DNA from: Spirochaetia bacterium
Lineage (GTDB): Bacteria > Spirochaetota > Spirochaetia > CADAEX01
Assembly: GCA_045606105.1 (NCBI GenBank)
Contig: JAZURI010000010.1
Span: forward strand, 32,001-96,000
DNA: 64,000 nt
Reading direction: 5' to 3'
The notes under the pieces were generated by a model, which was given only the letters and a program-made list of their open reading frames with translations, did no database searches and was not told the DNA's origin. Position 1 is the stretch's first letter. The number at the start of each line of letters is the position of its first letter. Shown here one piece after another: positions 46,565 to 55,812 of this stretch. The position numbers were made by a program, and so were the translations under genes.

Positions 46565-47310
46565 TATTTAAGAAGCTTTAATACTCCGTTTACTGCATAA
46601 CAGAAAAAATTGAAGGCTGCCTCTGGCAAAGGAAGCTTCAGTTCCTTTCTGTAGATATCCCAGGTCCAGCCGAAAACCTTCAGCTTGCTGCCGGATACGG
46701 ATGTACTGCTTACCCGGTAAAAACCTTCCACAGTTCCCGTATTTCTGGCAATGAACCCCTTTCTGAGAATTTCAAGCCACATGAGATAATCTTCATGATG
46801 TATTTCTTTCTGGTATACCTTGCCCACCTTGGCTGTATCGTAGATTCCGGTAAGGTTTCCGATACAGTTTCCCTTCAGGAGGGTCCTGAAGTCTGCCGAA
46901 GCGGGAGAAATCACAGTATTTGTCACATTGCCGGCTTCATCCATTTTCTTGTACAGGGAAAATACGGCCCCGCAATTCTTTTCCTCAAACAGCGGAAGCT
47001 GATGTGCCAGCTTTTCCGGCAGCCACATGTCATCGCAGTCCAGAAATGCAATATACCTTCCTGCAGCCTCTTTTATTCCCACATTGCGGGGAGTTGCCGG
47101 CATCCGGGTGGTACGGTCATTGATAAGCAGCCTGATACGGCTGTCCCTTTCCGCATAGGCCTGTACTGCAGAGCGGGTATTGTCTGTGGAAAAATCGTCT
47201 ATTACCAGCAGCTCCCAGTAGGGATATGTCTGGGCAATAACCGATTCTATTGCCTTTCCTATGTACTTTTCGCCGTTATGACACGGCATGATTACAGAAA
47301 CAGTTACCAT
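46564..47310 (-). CDS. glycosyltransferase family 2 (TuaG-like)
   Basis: VSVIMP.HN, WELLVIDD.STD, RN.GI..A.GRYIAFLD.DD.W.PEKL, HEDY.MWL. Confidence 0.9.
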   Translation of the reverse strand: MVTVSVIMPCHNGEKYIGKAIESVIAQTYPYWELLVIDDFSTDNTRSAVQAYAERDSRIRLLINDRTTRMPATPRNVGIKEAAGRYIAFLDCDDMWLPEKLAHQLPLFEEKNCGAVFSLYKKMDEAGNVTNTVISPASADFRTLLKGNCIGNLTGIYDTAKVGKVYQKEIHHEDYLMWLEILRKGFIARNTGTVEGFYRVSSTSVSGSKLKVFGWTWDIYRKELKLPLPEAAFNFFCYAVNGVLKLLK

Positions 47311-47312
47311 AA

Positions 47313-48779
47313 TTACCTGAACAGATATTTTTTCAGCTTGGAGAAGGCCTTGAGAGAACGCTTCAGATCGTCAAAATCGGTAAGCCCCACCTTGAGACGG
47401 TGCAGGATATAGCTTACCCTGAGATAATATTTCTTCCTGGCTATATTGCAGAATTCCACCATCTCCTCTGCACTGAGTCCCGGAAGATTCAGCAGTGTGT
47501 TGTGAGTGCCGTCCTCCTTGCAGTACTGGTCATATTCCAGGGTTAAATATCCTTTGGAACGGGCCAGATTGTAGGCGTCGGTTCCCGGATAAGGAATCAG
47601 CGGGAAAAACTGGGCTGTATCGGTATTGAGCTTAAGAGCCAGCTTCAGGGTATCCTCCATGGTCTGCTTTGTCTCTCCGTCGTTTCCCACCATATAGCAG
47701 GCATGGATCAGAAGTCCCGCCTTCTTGGCATTGGCCACATAGGAGTGAATCTGCTGAAGAGTGATTCCCTTCTTGATGTTATCCAGGATTTCCTGACTTC
47801 CGCTCTCGATTCCCGGAATGATGAGACGGCATCCCGCTTTCTTCATAAGCTTCATGGTTTCCAGATCGAGGGTGTTGACCCTGGCGTTGCAGAGCCATTT
47901 AAGCCTTTTGTTCAGCTTTTTTTCTATAAGGAGACGGGATATTTTCTTTACTCTCTCCTTGTTGATGGTAAAGGTGTCGTCTTCGATAACCACCTCTTTT
48001 ACATCGGGGAAGTTTGCGGCAATGTACTCAAATTCCTCCACCACGTTCTCAGGAGTTCTGGCCCTGAACTTACGGCCGTGCATTATCTGCGGATAGACAC
48101 AGAAGCTGCAGTAGCAGGGACATCCTCTTCCTGTGAAGATCTGCACGGAAGGATAGGTGGCTGCGGCAAAGAAATAGTCCCTTTCATCCAGATTTTCCTT
48201 TATGAATTCGGAAGCAAAAGGAATGTCATCCATATCGTGGATTACCGGCATGGCAGGAGTTCTGACAAACCCTCCCTCTTTTCTGACAAAAAGACCTCTC
48301 GATTCAGCTGGATCTCCCCCCTTATCAAGAGTATCTGCCAGTTCCTTTACGGAATAATCGAATTCTCCCATGGCAATGGCATCTGTTGCAGTGCTGTAGC
48401 CCATGGTTTCCTCAGGACAGGCTGTAGGATGAGTTCCTACCAAGGTAATATAGGAATACGGATAAAGCTCCTTAAGTGCTGTACCGAACATTACATCGCT
48501 CTTGATGGAAGGAGTACTTGTATTAAGGACAAAAAGAAGGTGTTCGTCGGAGGAGGCAAGAGCCTTTACCTTTTCGAGGGTCTGCTCCTCGTTGAGAGGC
48601 TTGGCCGGAGCATCGATAAAATCCACCCGGTGCCCGTGCTTCTGACAGTAGGCTGCCGCATAGATAAGCCACAGCGGATAATAAAGTGCGCCGCTTTTGG
48701 TTATGGCCGGGCTGCGGGACTCCCTGGAAAATTTTCCGTATTCTGCCTTGAAAGGCGGGTTTATGAAAACTATATGCAT
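47313..48779 (-). CDS. B12-binding-domain radical SAM protein (HpnJ-like)
   Basis: N-terminal cobalamin-binding-type domain (YPLWL.YAA, GTHPT, GEFD), GRGCPCYCSFC, EDDTFT, GIESGSQ.IL..IKKG, PYPGT. Confidence 0.85.
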   Translation of the reverse strand: MHIVFINPPFKAEYGKFSRESRSPAITKSGALYYPLWLIYAAAYCQKHGHRVDFIDAPAKPLNEEQTLEKVKALASSDEHLLFVLNTSTPSIKSDVMFGTALKELYPYSYITLVGTHPTACPEETMGYSTATDAIAMGEFDYSVKELADTLDKGGDPAESRGLFVRKEGGFVRTPAMPVIHDMDDIPFASEFIKENLDERDYFFAAATYPSVQIFTGRGCPCYCSFCVYPQIMHGRKFRARTPENVVEEFEYIAANFPDVKEVVIEDDTFTINKERVKKISRLLIEKKLNKRLKWLCNARVNTLDLETMKLMKKAGCRLIIPGIESGSQEILDNIKKGITLQQIHSYVANAKKAGLLIHACYMVGNDGETKQTMEDTLKLALKLNTDTAQFFPLIPYPGTDAYNLARSKGYLTLEYDQYCKEDGTHNTLLNLPGLSAEEMVEFCNIARKKYYLRVSYILHRLKVGLTDFDDLKRSLKAFSKLKKYLFR

Positions 48780-49405
48780 AACAAACTCCTGAGCTGTTCA
48801 ACGCTTTCGGCTGTAGTAAACGGATAATCTTTGCCGGGTTCAAAACCGAAGCCGTAGGTTACCCCGATAAAGTCCACTCCGGCAGCCTTTGCCCCTTCGG
48901 AATCCACGGTGCTGTCTCCAACCATTACAGCCTCTTCCTTGCTGATACCGGCAAGGGTACAGCACATTCCGATAATGTCGGCCTTGGTCATGCTGTCTCC
49001 GGCATCCATACCGCAGATGGCATCAAAAAGGGAATCTATACCCAGAATTTCAGTAAGCTTACGGGCAAGAACCTGATTCTTCATGGTGGCAACAGCAAGC
49101 CTGAGCCCTTTTTTACGACAATCGGCAAGCAGCTTCTCCATACCGTCATAAACACGGGACATTGCCAGCCCTGTTTCGCCGTAGTGCTTCCGGTATATGG
49201 TTATGACCCTGCGGGTCTCCTCCTCGGAAAGCCCCATAATAACATTGTATGTCCTGAACAGTCCCGCGCTCAGCAGAGGCTTCATGTCTGCTTCATCCGG
49301 TTCCTGCAATCCCATTTCCCGGATGGTATGCCGATGGGTATCCAGAAGTCCTTCCGAAGTATCGGCAACTGTTCCGTCCAAATCAAATATAATAAGTTTT
49401 TTCAT
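48770..49405 (-). CDS. HAD-family phosphatase
   Basis: FDLDGT..D, AT.K, K, MVGDS..D..GA..AG..F.GV.YGFG. Confidence 0.9.
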   Translation of the reverse strand: MKKLIIFDLDGTVADTSEGLLDTHRHTIREMGLQEPDEADMKPLLSAGLFRTYNVIMGLSEEETRRVITIYRKHYGETGLAMSRVYDGMEKLLADCRKKGLRLAVATMKNQVLARKLTEILGIDSLFDAICGMDAGDSMTKADIIGMCCTLAGISKEEAVMVGDSTVDSEGAKAAGVDFIGVTYGFGFEPGKDYPFTTAESVEQLRSLLCI

Positions 49406-49411
49406 TTTTCT

Positions 49412-50239
49412 TCAATATTTTCCGAAATCAAGCTCTGCAACCTGATGGGTTTTTCTTTCACTTTCAGGAGGCAGCTTCATATAATCACCGAAAAGCTCGG
49501 TAAGAAATCCGTGGTACTCCTTAAGGACCATGAACTTTTCATCCTCAAACTGAAGCTCGGTATAGCCGTCAAAAAGGTATGCGCTGCGGAATTCCTTAGG
49601 TGCCCCGTAACGCCCTGCCAGATAGACTCTGGTATTTGTATTTTTTTTGTTCAGTTTATAGGGATAATTCAGAATTCTGTTTCTGAGCCAGGCTTTAGGA
49701 ACGAAGAAAAAGCAGATTTTCATCATTTCCGCCACAATTCTCTTGAGCTTGGTGGTTCCGTTCTTATAGCCGTTTTTCATGGAATAAAGAACAGACAGGA
49801 AATTAAGCTGACGGAAGTAAAGGGTAGCCAGAAAACGGTTGTCATGAATCGTGTCGTAAGGAAGGACATCTACCAGAAATCCGCACTGACTCAGGGTCTT
49901 TGGCTGCTGTACAGTCCTGTAGACTGTATCCTTCAGAACCACCTTGGAAAAAAATGTTCCTACTTTCGGATCGTGCTTTAAGCTCATGAGTGAAAATTCA
50001 GGCCCCAGCTCCTGCGGCGCCACCTCGATAAAACGGTCGTAGTCGGAACGCATCATGGCAATGTCGATGTCATCGTCCCACGGGATAAAGCCCTTGTGTC
50101 TTACGGCTCCGATAAGGGTTCCCCCGGTAAGGAAGTATTTTATGTCATGCTTGGTACAGATTCTCTTGATTTCCTTAAGAACCTTAAGCTCCAGAAGCTG
50201 TACCTTCCTGAGCTCTTCAGGTGTCAGTGTCTTAGTCAT
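49412..50239 (-). CDS. LicD family phosphotransferase
   Basis: GGTLIGAVRHKGFIPWDDDIDI.M.R.DY, VDV.P.D, FE, L...FGDYM.LPP..ER..H. Confidence 0.92.
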   Translation of the reverse strand: MTKTLTPEELRKVQLLELKVLKEIKRICTKHDIKYFLTGGTLIGAVRHKGFIPWDDDIDIAMMRSDYDRFIEVAPQELGPEFSLMSLKHDPKVGTFFSKVVLKDTVYRTVQQPKTLSQCGFLVDVLPYDTIHDNRFLATLYFRQLNFLSVLYSMKNGYKNGTTKLKRIVAEMMKICFFFVPKAWLRNRILNYPYKLNKKNTNTRVYLAGRYGAPKEFRSAYLFDGYTELQFEDEKFMVLKEYHGFLTELFGDYMKLPPESERKTHQVAELDFGKY

Positions 50240-51266
50240 GTTTCATACTCTCTATAAGTCGGCTGATCATTCCATTCATATCTGTTTTTGCCCGCCAGCC
50301 CAGTTCTTCAAGCTTTGATGTATCAAGAACCACCTTGAGTACAGGATTATATCCAAGCTTTGTAACATCCTCTGCCAGATCAAAAATCACTTTGACGGAA
50401 GATGTCGGATCCTGTCTGCAGAACAATTCTGCCAGCTCTGCAATGGAAACAGCTGTTGTACTGTTTGCTATGTTATATGCTTCTCCGGCATTTCCACGGA
50501 AGAGAACTGTAAGGATTCCCTCTGCGGCATCTGCAGTATAACAATAATTGCGTACAGTTTCACCCTTAGTACGGAGAACTATATCCTTTTTTTCAATTAC
50601 ACTTCTGGCAAACTGAGCAAAAACCCTGTTGTCATTATAAGAAACACCGGCTCCGAAAGTCTGGCACAATCTCGCAACCTTTACAGGAATTCCGAACTGG
50701 ACGGCATAGGCCTTGCACAAGGTTTCGGCCATTCTCTTGCTTTCAGGATAACTGGATCTTACAGACATGGGATCTGTAAAACCGGAATCTGATTCTCTGA
50801 CAACTCTGATTCCGACTGAGGAATCAAACTGTCCGTAAACTTCAAGGGAACTCAGAAAAACAAAGCCCTTGATTGCTTTTTCCCTGCATTGCCTGAGAAG
50901 ATTTTCCGTTCCGAAGAGAATTGTTTCTATCGTATCAACCGGCTTATCAACAAAAGTTTTTGAGTCGGTGGTACCTGCCCCGTGGATTATGTAATCAACC
51001 TCTATCCCCGAAATATCCAGTTCCTTTATATCAGAGAACAAAGGGATAATATTAGCCGGAGGATTCTTCCCGAAAACTGCTTCAAATCTGCTTCTGCTTC
51101 TGCATGCTGCATATATTGTACAGGATTTACCGGCTATGGCTTTTACAAGCAGGGAACCGATCAACCCCGTTGCGCCGGTTATAAGCACTGATTTTCCGAT
51201 GCAGTTTTCAATAATACTGCTTTCAGAAAGGTTTTTTATGTCTTCTGCAAGAATGGTATTCATCAT
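50232..51266 (-). CDS. NAD-dependent epimerase/reductase, probable CDP-alditol synthesis
   Basis: ITGATGLIG, IIH.A, SS.EVYG, RSSYPESKR.AE, R..QTFG.G. Paired with the IspD/TarI gene. Confidence 0.8.
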   Translation of the reverse strand: MMNTILAEDIKNLSESSIIENCIGKSVLITGATGLIGSLLVKAIAGKSCTIYAACRSRSRFEAVFGKNPPANIIPLFSDIKELDISGIEVDYIIHGAGTTDSKTFVDKPVDTIETILFGTENLLRQCREKAIKGFVFLSSLEVYGQFDSSVGIRVVRESDSGFTDPMSVRSSYPESKRMAETLCKAYAVQFGIPVKVARLCQTFGAGVSYNDNRVFAQFARSVIEKKDIVLRTKGETVRNYCYTADAAEGILTVLFRGNAGEAYNIANSTTAVSIAELAELFCRQDPTSSVKVIFDLAEDVTKLGYNPVLKVVLDTSKLEELGWRAKTDMNGMISRLIESMKHD

Positions 51267-51979
51267 AATCCGAATATCTGCTGATTTTCCCGTACATCAT
51301 AGAGGGCACGGAAGGTATAGAAATCGGCAGGTGTTGTAATCTTTATATTGTCGGCTGTACCGTAAACCACAAAAAGCTCGTGGCCGTAGTGCTGCATAAG
51401 GGAAGCTGAATCTATCATATTTGTGCTTCCGTCGGCTATGGCCTTTTCATGGGCCTCTGTAAGCTGTCCCAGAACAAAGCACTGCGGAGCCTTGGCATGG
51501 AAGCATCTGCTTCTGTCCTTGATACTGCATATCTTGCTTCCGTCCAACTCGACTATGGTTTCCTGGGCCGGTACAACGGTAATTGCGGAACCCTTCTCCT
51601 TTACAGACCTGATACAGTCGGAAATAAGGGTTTCTGTTACAAAAGGGCGGACTCCGTCGTGAACCAGAACCACGGAATCGGCCGGAGCAAATCCCGCAAT
51701 GGCTCTGAGACCGTTATAAATCGACTGCTGCCCTGTTTCCCCGCCCGGAACCACGGCTCTGACCTTGATCATTCCGTACTGAGAAAGAAGCTTTTCCAGA
51801 TAAGGAATCCAGTCCTTGATACAGGCAATGACTATGTTGTCTATTTCAGGATGCTTCTGGAAGTTTTCCAGGGTATGGATAATAATTTCCTTGCCGTAAA
51901 GGCTGAGAAACTGCTTTGGCTTTGATCTGCTGTTCATCCTGCTGCCGGATCCTCCGGCAAATATAAGTACATTATTCAT
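51263..51979 (-). CDS. IspD/TarI-family cytidylyltransferase
   Basis: IFAGGSGSRM....PKQFL, GG.TGQ.SI.NGL, VHDGVRP, PQ.F, NIKITTP.D. Confidence 0.9.
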   Translation of the reverse strand: MNNVLIFAGGSGSRMNSRSKPKQFLSLYGKEIIIHTLENFQKHPEIDNIVIACIKDWIPYLEKLLSQYGMIKVRAVVPGGETGQQSIYNGLRAIAGFAPADSVVLVHDGVRPFVTETLISDCIRSVKEKGSAITVVPAQETIVELDGSKICSIKDRSRCFHAKAPQCFVLGQLTEAHEKAIADGSTNMIDSASLMQHYGHELFVVYGTADNIKITTPADFYTFRALYDVRENQQIFGL

Positions 51980-51991
51980 AGATTGATCCCT

Positions 51992-53440
51992 TTATCCTCT
52001 GCTTAATCTTCTTTGAATCGCTTTCAAAAAATCCATTATAAACCTGTTCTTTTCTAAAATAAGCATTATTCCGTAAACAAGCAATCCCGTAAAAATCGCA
52101 ATTCCGGTACTGAGCCACATACCCGGAATAAATCTGATACAGATATAAACAAATATACCCATTACAGAAGCATTGAACAAATACAAAAGAAAATATCTGC
52201 CTACTTGTTTCAGGTCAACGATTTTACGACCGTGATAAAACAAAAAAGCTGTATAAAATGTCTGCGAAAACAAAGTAGTGATTGCTGCCCCGTATATATT
52301 AAATTCCGGAATAAGTATCAGATTCAGAATAAAATTCATACATACAGCGAGAAACAAACCGCAGAAAACTATTTTCTCCTTTCCTATTGGAATAAAAGTC
52401 TGTCCTCCCATCACGGAACTGAGACCGGATGAAACAATCAGCAGTGTCATTATCCTCATGGCCGGCACAGCAGAGATGTATTTTTCTCCGCAGAAAGCAG
52501 ATATGGCCGCATGACCTACAAGAATCAGCCCCAGAAAACAAGGTATAGCCATCATAAGAAAAACATCGAAATTCTTATGTACAAGAGACCGGAATTTGTC
52601 TTCCTCTCCGGTCTGGACATAGTATGAAAGCCGAGGAACTATAACAGCTCCTACTGCAACTACCATAGTTAAAGTCAGACTGATTATCTTATGGGAAGCA
52701 GTATAAATTCCCACATACCAGTCTCCGCATAGAAAACCAAGCATTACATTGTCTATTGTCACATGAACAGTTACAACAACGGCAGTAGCAAATAAAATGA
52801 AAATAGGCTTCAGATGTTTTTTAAGCTCAAGCTTCTTTACCAGAGAAAAATCAATAAACTTCCGGCTGTAGAACCAGTTACATATATTCGAGCCGACATT
52901 TGAAATAACGGCAATAGAGGCGTAAATGAGATAATCCTCAGGTTTTTTCACAAAAACATAAAGCAGGACAACACTCAGCACCTGAAAAAAGAATGCCCTG
53001 ACTGTAATATATTTAAAATCCTCCAGTCCGCCGTATAACCACTCAAACCCCAATACAATAAAAAGGATCTTGGAACTGATCAGAATAATCAGGCTTCTGT
53101 ATTCAGAGAGTTTAGGAACAAAAAAAACAGCGGCAAAAAGAAGAAAATAAGCTACCGCTGTCGAGCAGATATTGATTGTAAATATTTCCTTGGTAACCTT
53201 TGAAAGCTCTGCTTTATTGTCCCGCACCTTGGCTGTTTCCCTGACTCCATAGGCGCCGACTCCTAAAGATGCAATCATAATAAAAAAATCTACAAAAGAC
53301 CGGGCAAACGAGACCATTCCTATTCCTTCCGGCAAAAGAACTCTGGAAGCATAAGGAAATGTTATGATTGGGAAAAATGTGCTCATGAAAACTCTCATGG
53401 CGTTCAGAACTGCATTTTTCTTCAGTGACGGTGTTTTCAT
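51992..53440 (-). CDS. wzx: polysaccharide flippase Wzx (RfbX-like)
   Basis: SLKKN..LN, FP.ITFPY.SRVL.PEG.G, EW.Y.G.EDF.YIT.R, KHLKP, D..MLG, PRLSY. Confidence 0.88.
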   Translation of the reverse strand: MKTPSLKKNAVLNAMRVFMSTFFPIITFPYASRVLLPEGIGMVSFARSFVDFFIMIASLGVGAYGVRETAKVRDNKAELSKVTKEIFTINICSTAVAYFLLFAAVFFVPKLSEYRSLIILISSKILFIVLGFEWLYGGLEDFKYITVRAFFFQVLSVVLLYVFVKKPEDYLIYASIAVISNVGSNICNWFYSRKFIDFSLVKKLELKKHLKPIFILFATAVVVTVHVTIDNVMLGFLCGDWYVGIYTASHKIISLTLTMVVAVGAVIVPRLSYYVQTGEEDKFRSLVHKNFDVFLMMAIPCFLGLILVGHAAISAFCGEKYISAVPAMRIMTLLIVSSGLSSVMGGQTFIPIGKEKIVFCGLFLAVCMNFILNLILIPEFNIYGAAITTLFSQTFYTAFLFYHGRKIVDLKQVGRYFLLYLFNASVMGIFVYICIRFIPGMWLSTGIAIFTGLLVYGIMLILEKNRFIMDFLKAIQRRLSRG

Positions 53441-53445
53441 GAAAT

Positions 53446-54405
53446 CTAAAAAATAAAAAATACTGCCATCAGAAAAAACCTGTATTTCTGACGGGATGTA
53501 GTAAAAATATGATCATAATTATTCCAGATCATCTTCAAAGCCTTGATTCTTCCCGCAAGAGGAAGTTTCCTGGCTCTCATGTTAAAATAGAATATACAAT
53601 CCTGTATTATTTTTTCCTGTCCGGCTGTTACTGAATAGCGTTTTTTCAGTTCATTGATATAATCAAACCGGTCTGTTTCATACTTTTTTCTTTCAAATAT
53701 TCTGGAAATACAGGTCCTGATTAAAGTCAGTGTACTTCTTTTATTATGCTGTGTAACCTGAGTTGTATGCTGCCTGTACCTTGTTATTATATCAAAAGTA
53801 TATCTTATTCTGTCTGAAAAACAGGAACAGAAAGCAAACCATGTATCATGAAAAGGAATATTTTCCGGTATAGGCAATGCTTTTTCAAAAAAACTACGGT
53901 GCATCAGCATGGATGCTCCCTGAAACGGATTTCTGGTACAGAACAGTTTATAAAGAAGATTGTCCGAATCCTCAAACTTGTGCAGTCCCTCGGTTTCATT
54001 GAGATTTATCCCTTTGCTGTTATTGTTTTCATCAATCAGCTCTGCATTTCCGCATGCAATTAGATGACCTTGGATCAGATTCAATAATTTTTCCAGGTGT
54101 TCCGGCAGCCATATATCATCCTGATCGCTCAGGGCTATATATTCTCCTTTGCAGAGTGAAATTGCTTTTTCAAAGTTCTTTTTAAAACCAAGATTTTTCT
54201 CATTTACATATAATTTGATTCTGGAATCTTTACCGCAGTAATCCTTGATGATTTTTACAGTGGAATCCTTTGAACAATCATCACATATGATTAATTCAAA
54301 ATTGTCATAGGTCTGGGTTAATATTGAGTCCAATTGTTCTGCAATATATTTTTCCCCGTTATAAGAGGTCATTGCAATGGATATCAGCTCATTTTTTTCA
54401 AGCAT
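53446..54405 (-). CDS. glycosyltransferase family 2, probable rhamnosyltransferase
   Basis: SI.M.SYNGEKYI.EQLDSIL.Q, DD.S.D.T, NLG..KNF, LSDQDD.W, HD.W, YRQH. Adjacent to rml genes. Confidence 0.88.
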   Translation of the reverse strand: MLEKNELISIAMTSYNGEKYIAEQLDSILTQTYDNFELIICDDCSKDSTVKIIKDYCGKDSRIKLYVNEKNLGFKKNFEKAISLCKGEYIALSDQDDIWLPEHLEKLLNLIQGHLIACGNAELIDENNNSKGINLNETEGLHKFEDSDNLLYKLFCTRNPFQGASMLMHRSFFEKALPIPENIPFHDTWFAFCSCFSDRIRYTFDIITRYRQHTTQVTQHNKRSTLTLIRTCISRIFERKKYETDRFDYINELKKRYSVTAGQEKIIQDCIFYFNMRARKLPLAGRIKALKMIWNNYDHIFTTSRQKYRFFLMAVFFIF

Positions 54406-55241
54406 TTTTTAAGTGAATCCTTCCAATAAGGTATTGTTATGTTAAATGTGTTTCTGAATTTAGCCTTGTCAAGAACCGAGTAGGCCGGTCTTTTTACCTT
54501 TGACGGAAACTCCTCAGACCTGCAGGAAAATATCCTGCATTTTGTGTGACCGGAAATCTCCGCAATTTCCTTTGCAAAATCAAACCAGGAGCATACTCCT
54601 TCATTGGTATAATGATAAATTCCATCATTTCCGATAAAACCGTTGCTTTCAACCAGATTAAAGATTGCTGCGGCCAGATCTCCGGCATATGTCGGTGTTC
54701 CTATCTGATCATAAACCACTTTAATACTTTCCTTTTCAGCGGTAAGACGGAGCATTGTCTTTACAAAGTTGTTTCCGAAAGAAGAATAAAGCCATGCGGT
54801 ACGTATTATAACAAAACGGCATCCCGATTCCTTTACAGCTTTCTCGCCGGCAAGCTTTGTCCGTCCATAGACGCCTAAAGGATTTACATCATCATCTTCC
54901 GAAAAAGGGAGATTCTTTGTTCCTCCGAATACATAATCGGTAGAAACATGCACCAGCAGTGCATTGCTTGAAAGAGCTGCCTCTGCAAGGTTCTTAACAG
55001 CGATATGGTTTATTCTGTCGGCCGATACTTCATCATCCTCTGCCTTGTCAACTGCGGTATAGGCGGCACAGTTTATGATTACATCAATCTCTCTTTCTCT
55101 GACTGCTTCAAAAACCGCATTACGGTCTGTAATATCAAGCTCTGAAACGTCAGTAAAAAAATATTCGTTTGCGGAACTTACGACCAGCTGACGGATTTCG
55201 CTGCCAAGCTGTCCGTTTGAGCCGGTTACAAGTATTTTCAT
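54384..55241 (-). CDS. rfbD: dTDP-4-dehydrorhamnose reductase
   Basis: GSNGQLG, NCAAYTAVDKAE, STDYVF, YGRTKLAGE, RTAWLY, DQ.G.PT, RP.YS.L. Confidence 0.95.
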   Translation of the reverse strand: MKILVTGSNGQLGSEIRQLVVSSANEYFFTDVSELDITDRNAVFEAVREREIDVIINCAAYTAVDKAEDDEVSADRINHIAVKNLAEAALSSNALLVHVSTDYVFGGTKNLPFSEDDDVNPLGVYGRTKLAGEKAVKESGCRFVIIRTAWLYSSFGNNFVKTMLRLTAEKESIKVVYDQIGTPTYAGDLAAAIFNLVESNGFIGNDGIYHYTNEGVCSWFDFAKEIAEISGHTKCRIFSCRSEEFPSKVKRPAYSVLDKAKFRNTFNITIPYWKDSLKKCLKKMS

Positions 55242-55247
55242 GTTACC

Positions 55248-55796
55248 TCAATCAAAAAGCCATGCATCCTTGAAAAGCGGATGCTTCTTATCCTTTTCTG
55301 AAAGAATTATATCCGCTGCCGGAATTTTCCAGTCTATTCCCAACTCCGGATCATTCCAGATAATTGCACCTTCACTCTGCGGAGCATAATAATTATCGCA
55401 TTTATACTGAAAAACCGCCTCCTCGCTGAGAACAACAAAGCCGTGGGCAAAGCCTTTAGGAATAAAAAGCTGGCGATGATTATCCTCGGAAAGCTCAATT
55501 CCGATATGTTTCCCGAAAGTCGGAGAACTTTTACGGATATCTACTGCTATATCCCACACACGCCCCTTTACTACCCGGATTAGCTTTGACTGGGTATAAG
55601 GAGGTTTCTGGAAATGGAGTCCCCTGAGTACACCGTAAGAGGATTTGGATTCATTATCCTGTACAAAGGTTGTTTTACAAACTTTTTCCTCAAATTCAGA
55701 TAGGACAAAGCTTTCAAAGAAATATCCTCTGTTATCTCCGAAAATCCTTGGCTCAATTATAAAAACACCCTCAATATCTGTCTTTATATAGTTCAT
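55248..55796 (-). CDS. rfbC: dTDP-4-dehydrorhamnose 3,5-epimerase
   Basis: D.RGYFFE, FVQDNES.S..GVLRGLHFQ, GFAHGF, YKCD..Y, S.KD. Confidence 0.96.
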   Translation of the reverse strand: MNYIKTDIEGVFIIEPRIFGDNRGYFFESFVLSEFEEKVCKTTFVQDNESKSSYGVLRGLHFQKPPYTQSKLIRVVKGRVWDIAVDIRKSSPTFGKHIGIELSEDNHRQLFIPKGFAHGFVVLSEEAVFQYKCDNYYAPQSEGAIIWNDPELGIDWKIPAADIILSEKDKKHPLFKDAWLFD

Positions 55797-55812
55797 TTAT
55801 TATCCTTTCCGG

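Noticed and set aside
47703-48827. 374-aa plus-strand ORF opposite the radical SAM gene
   Set aside because: Antisense shadow ORF of the kind produced by codon bias.
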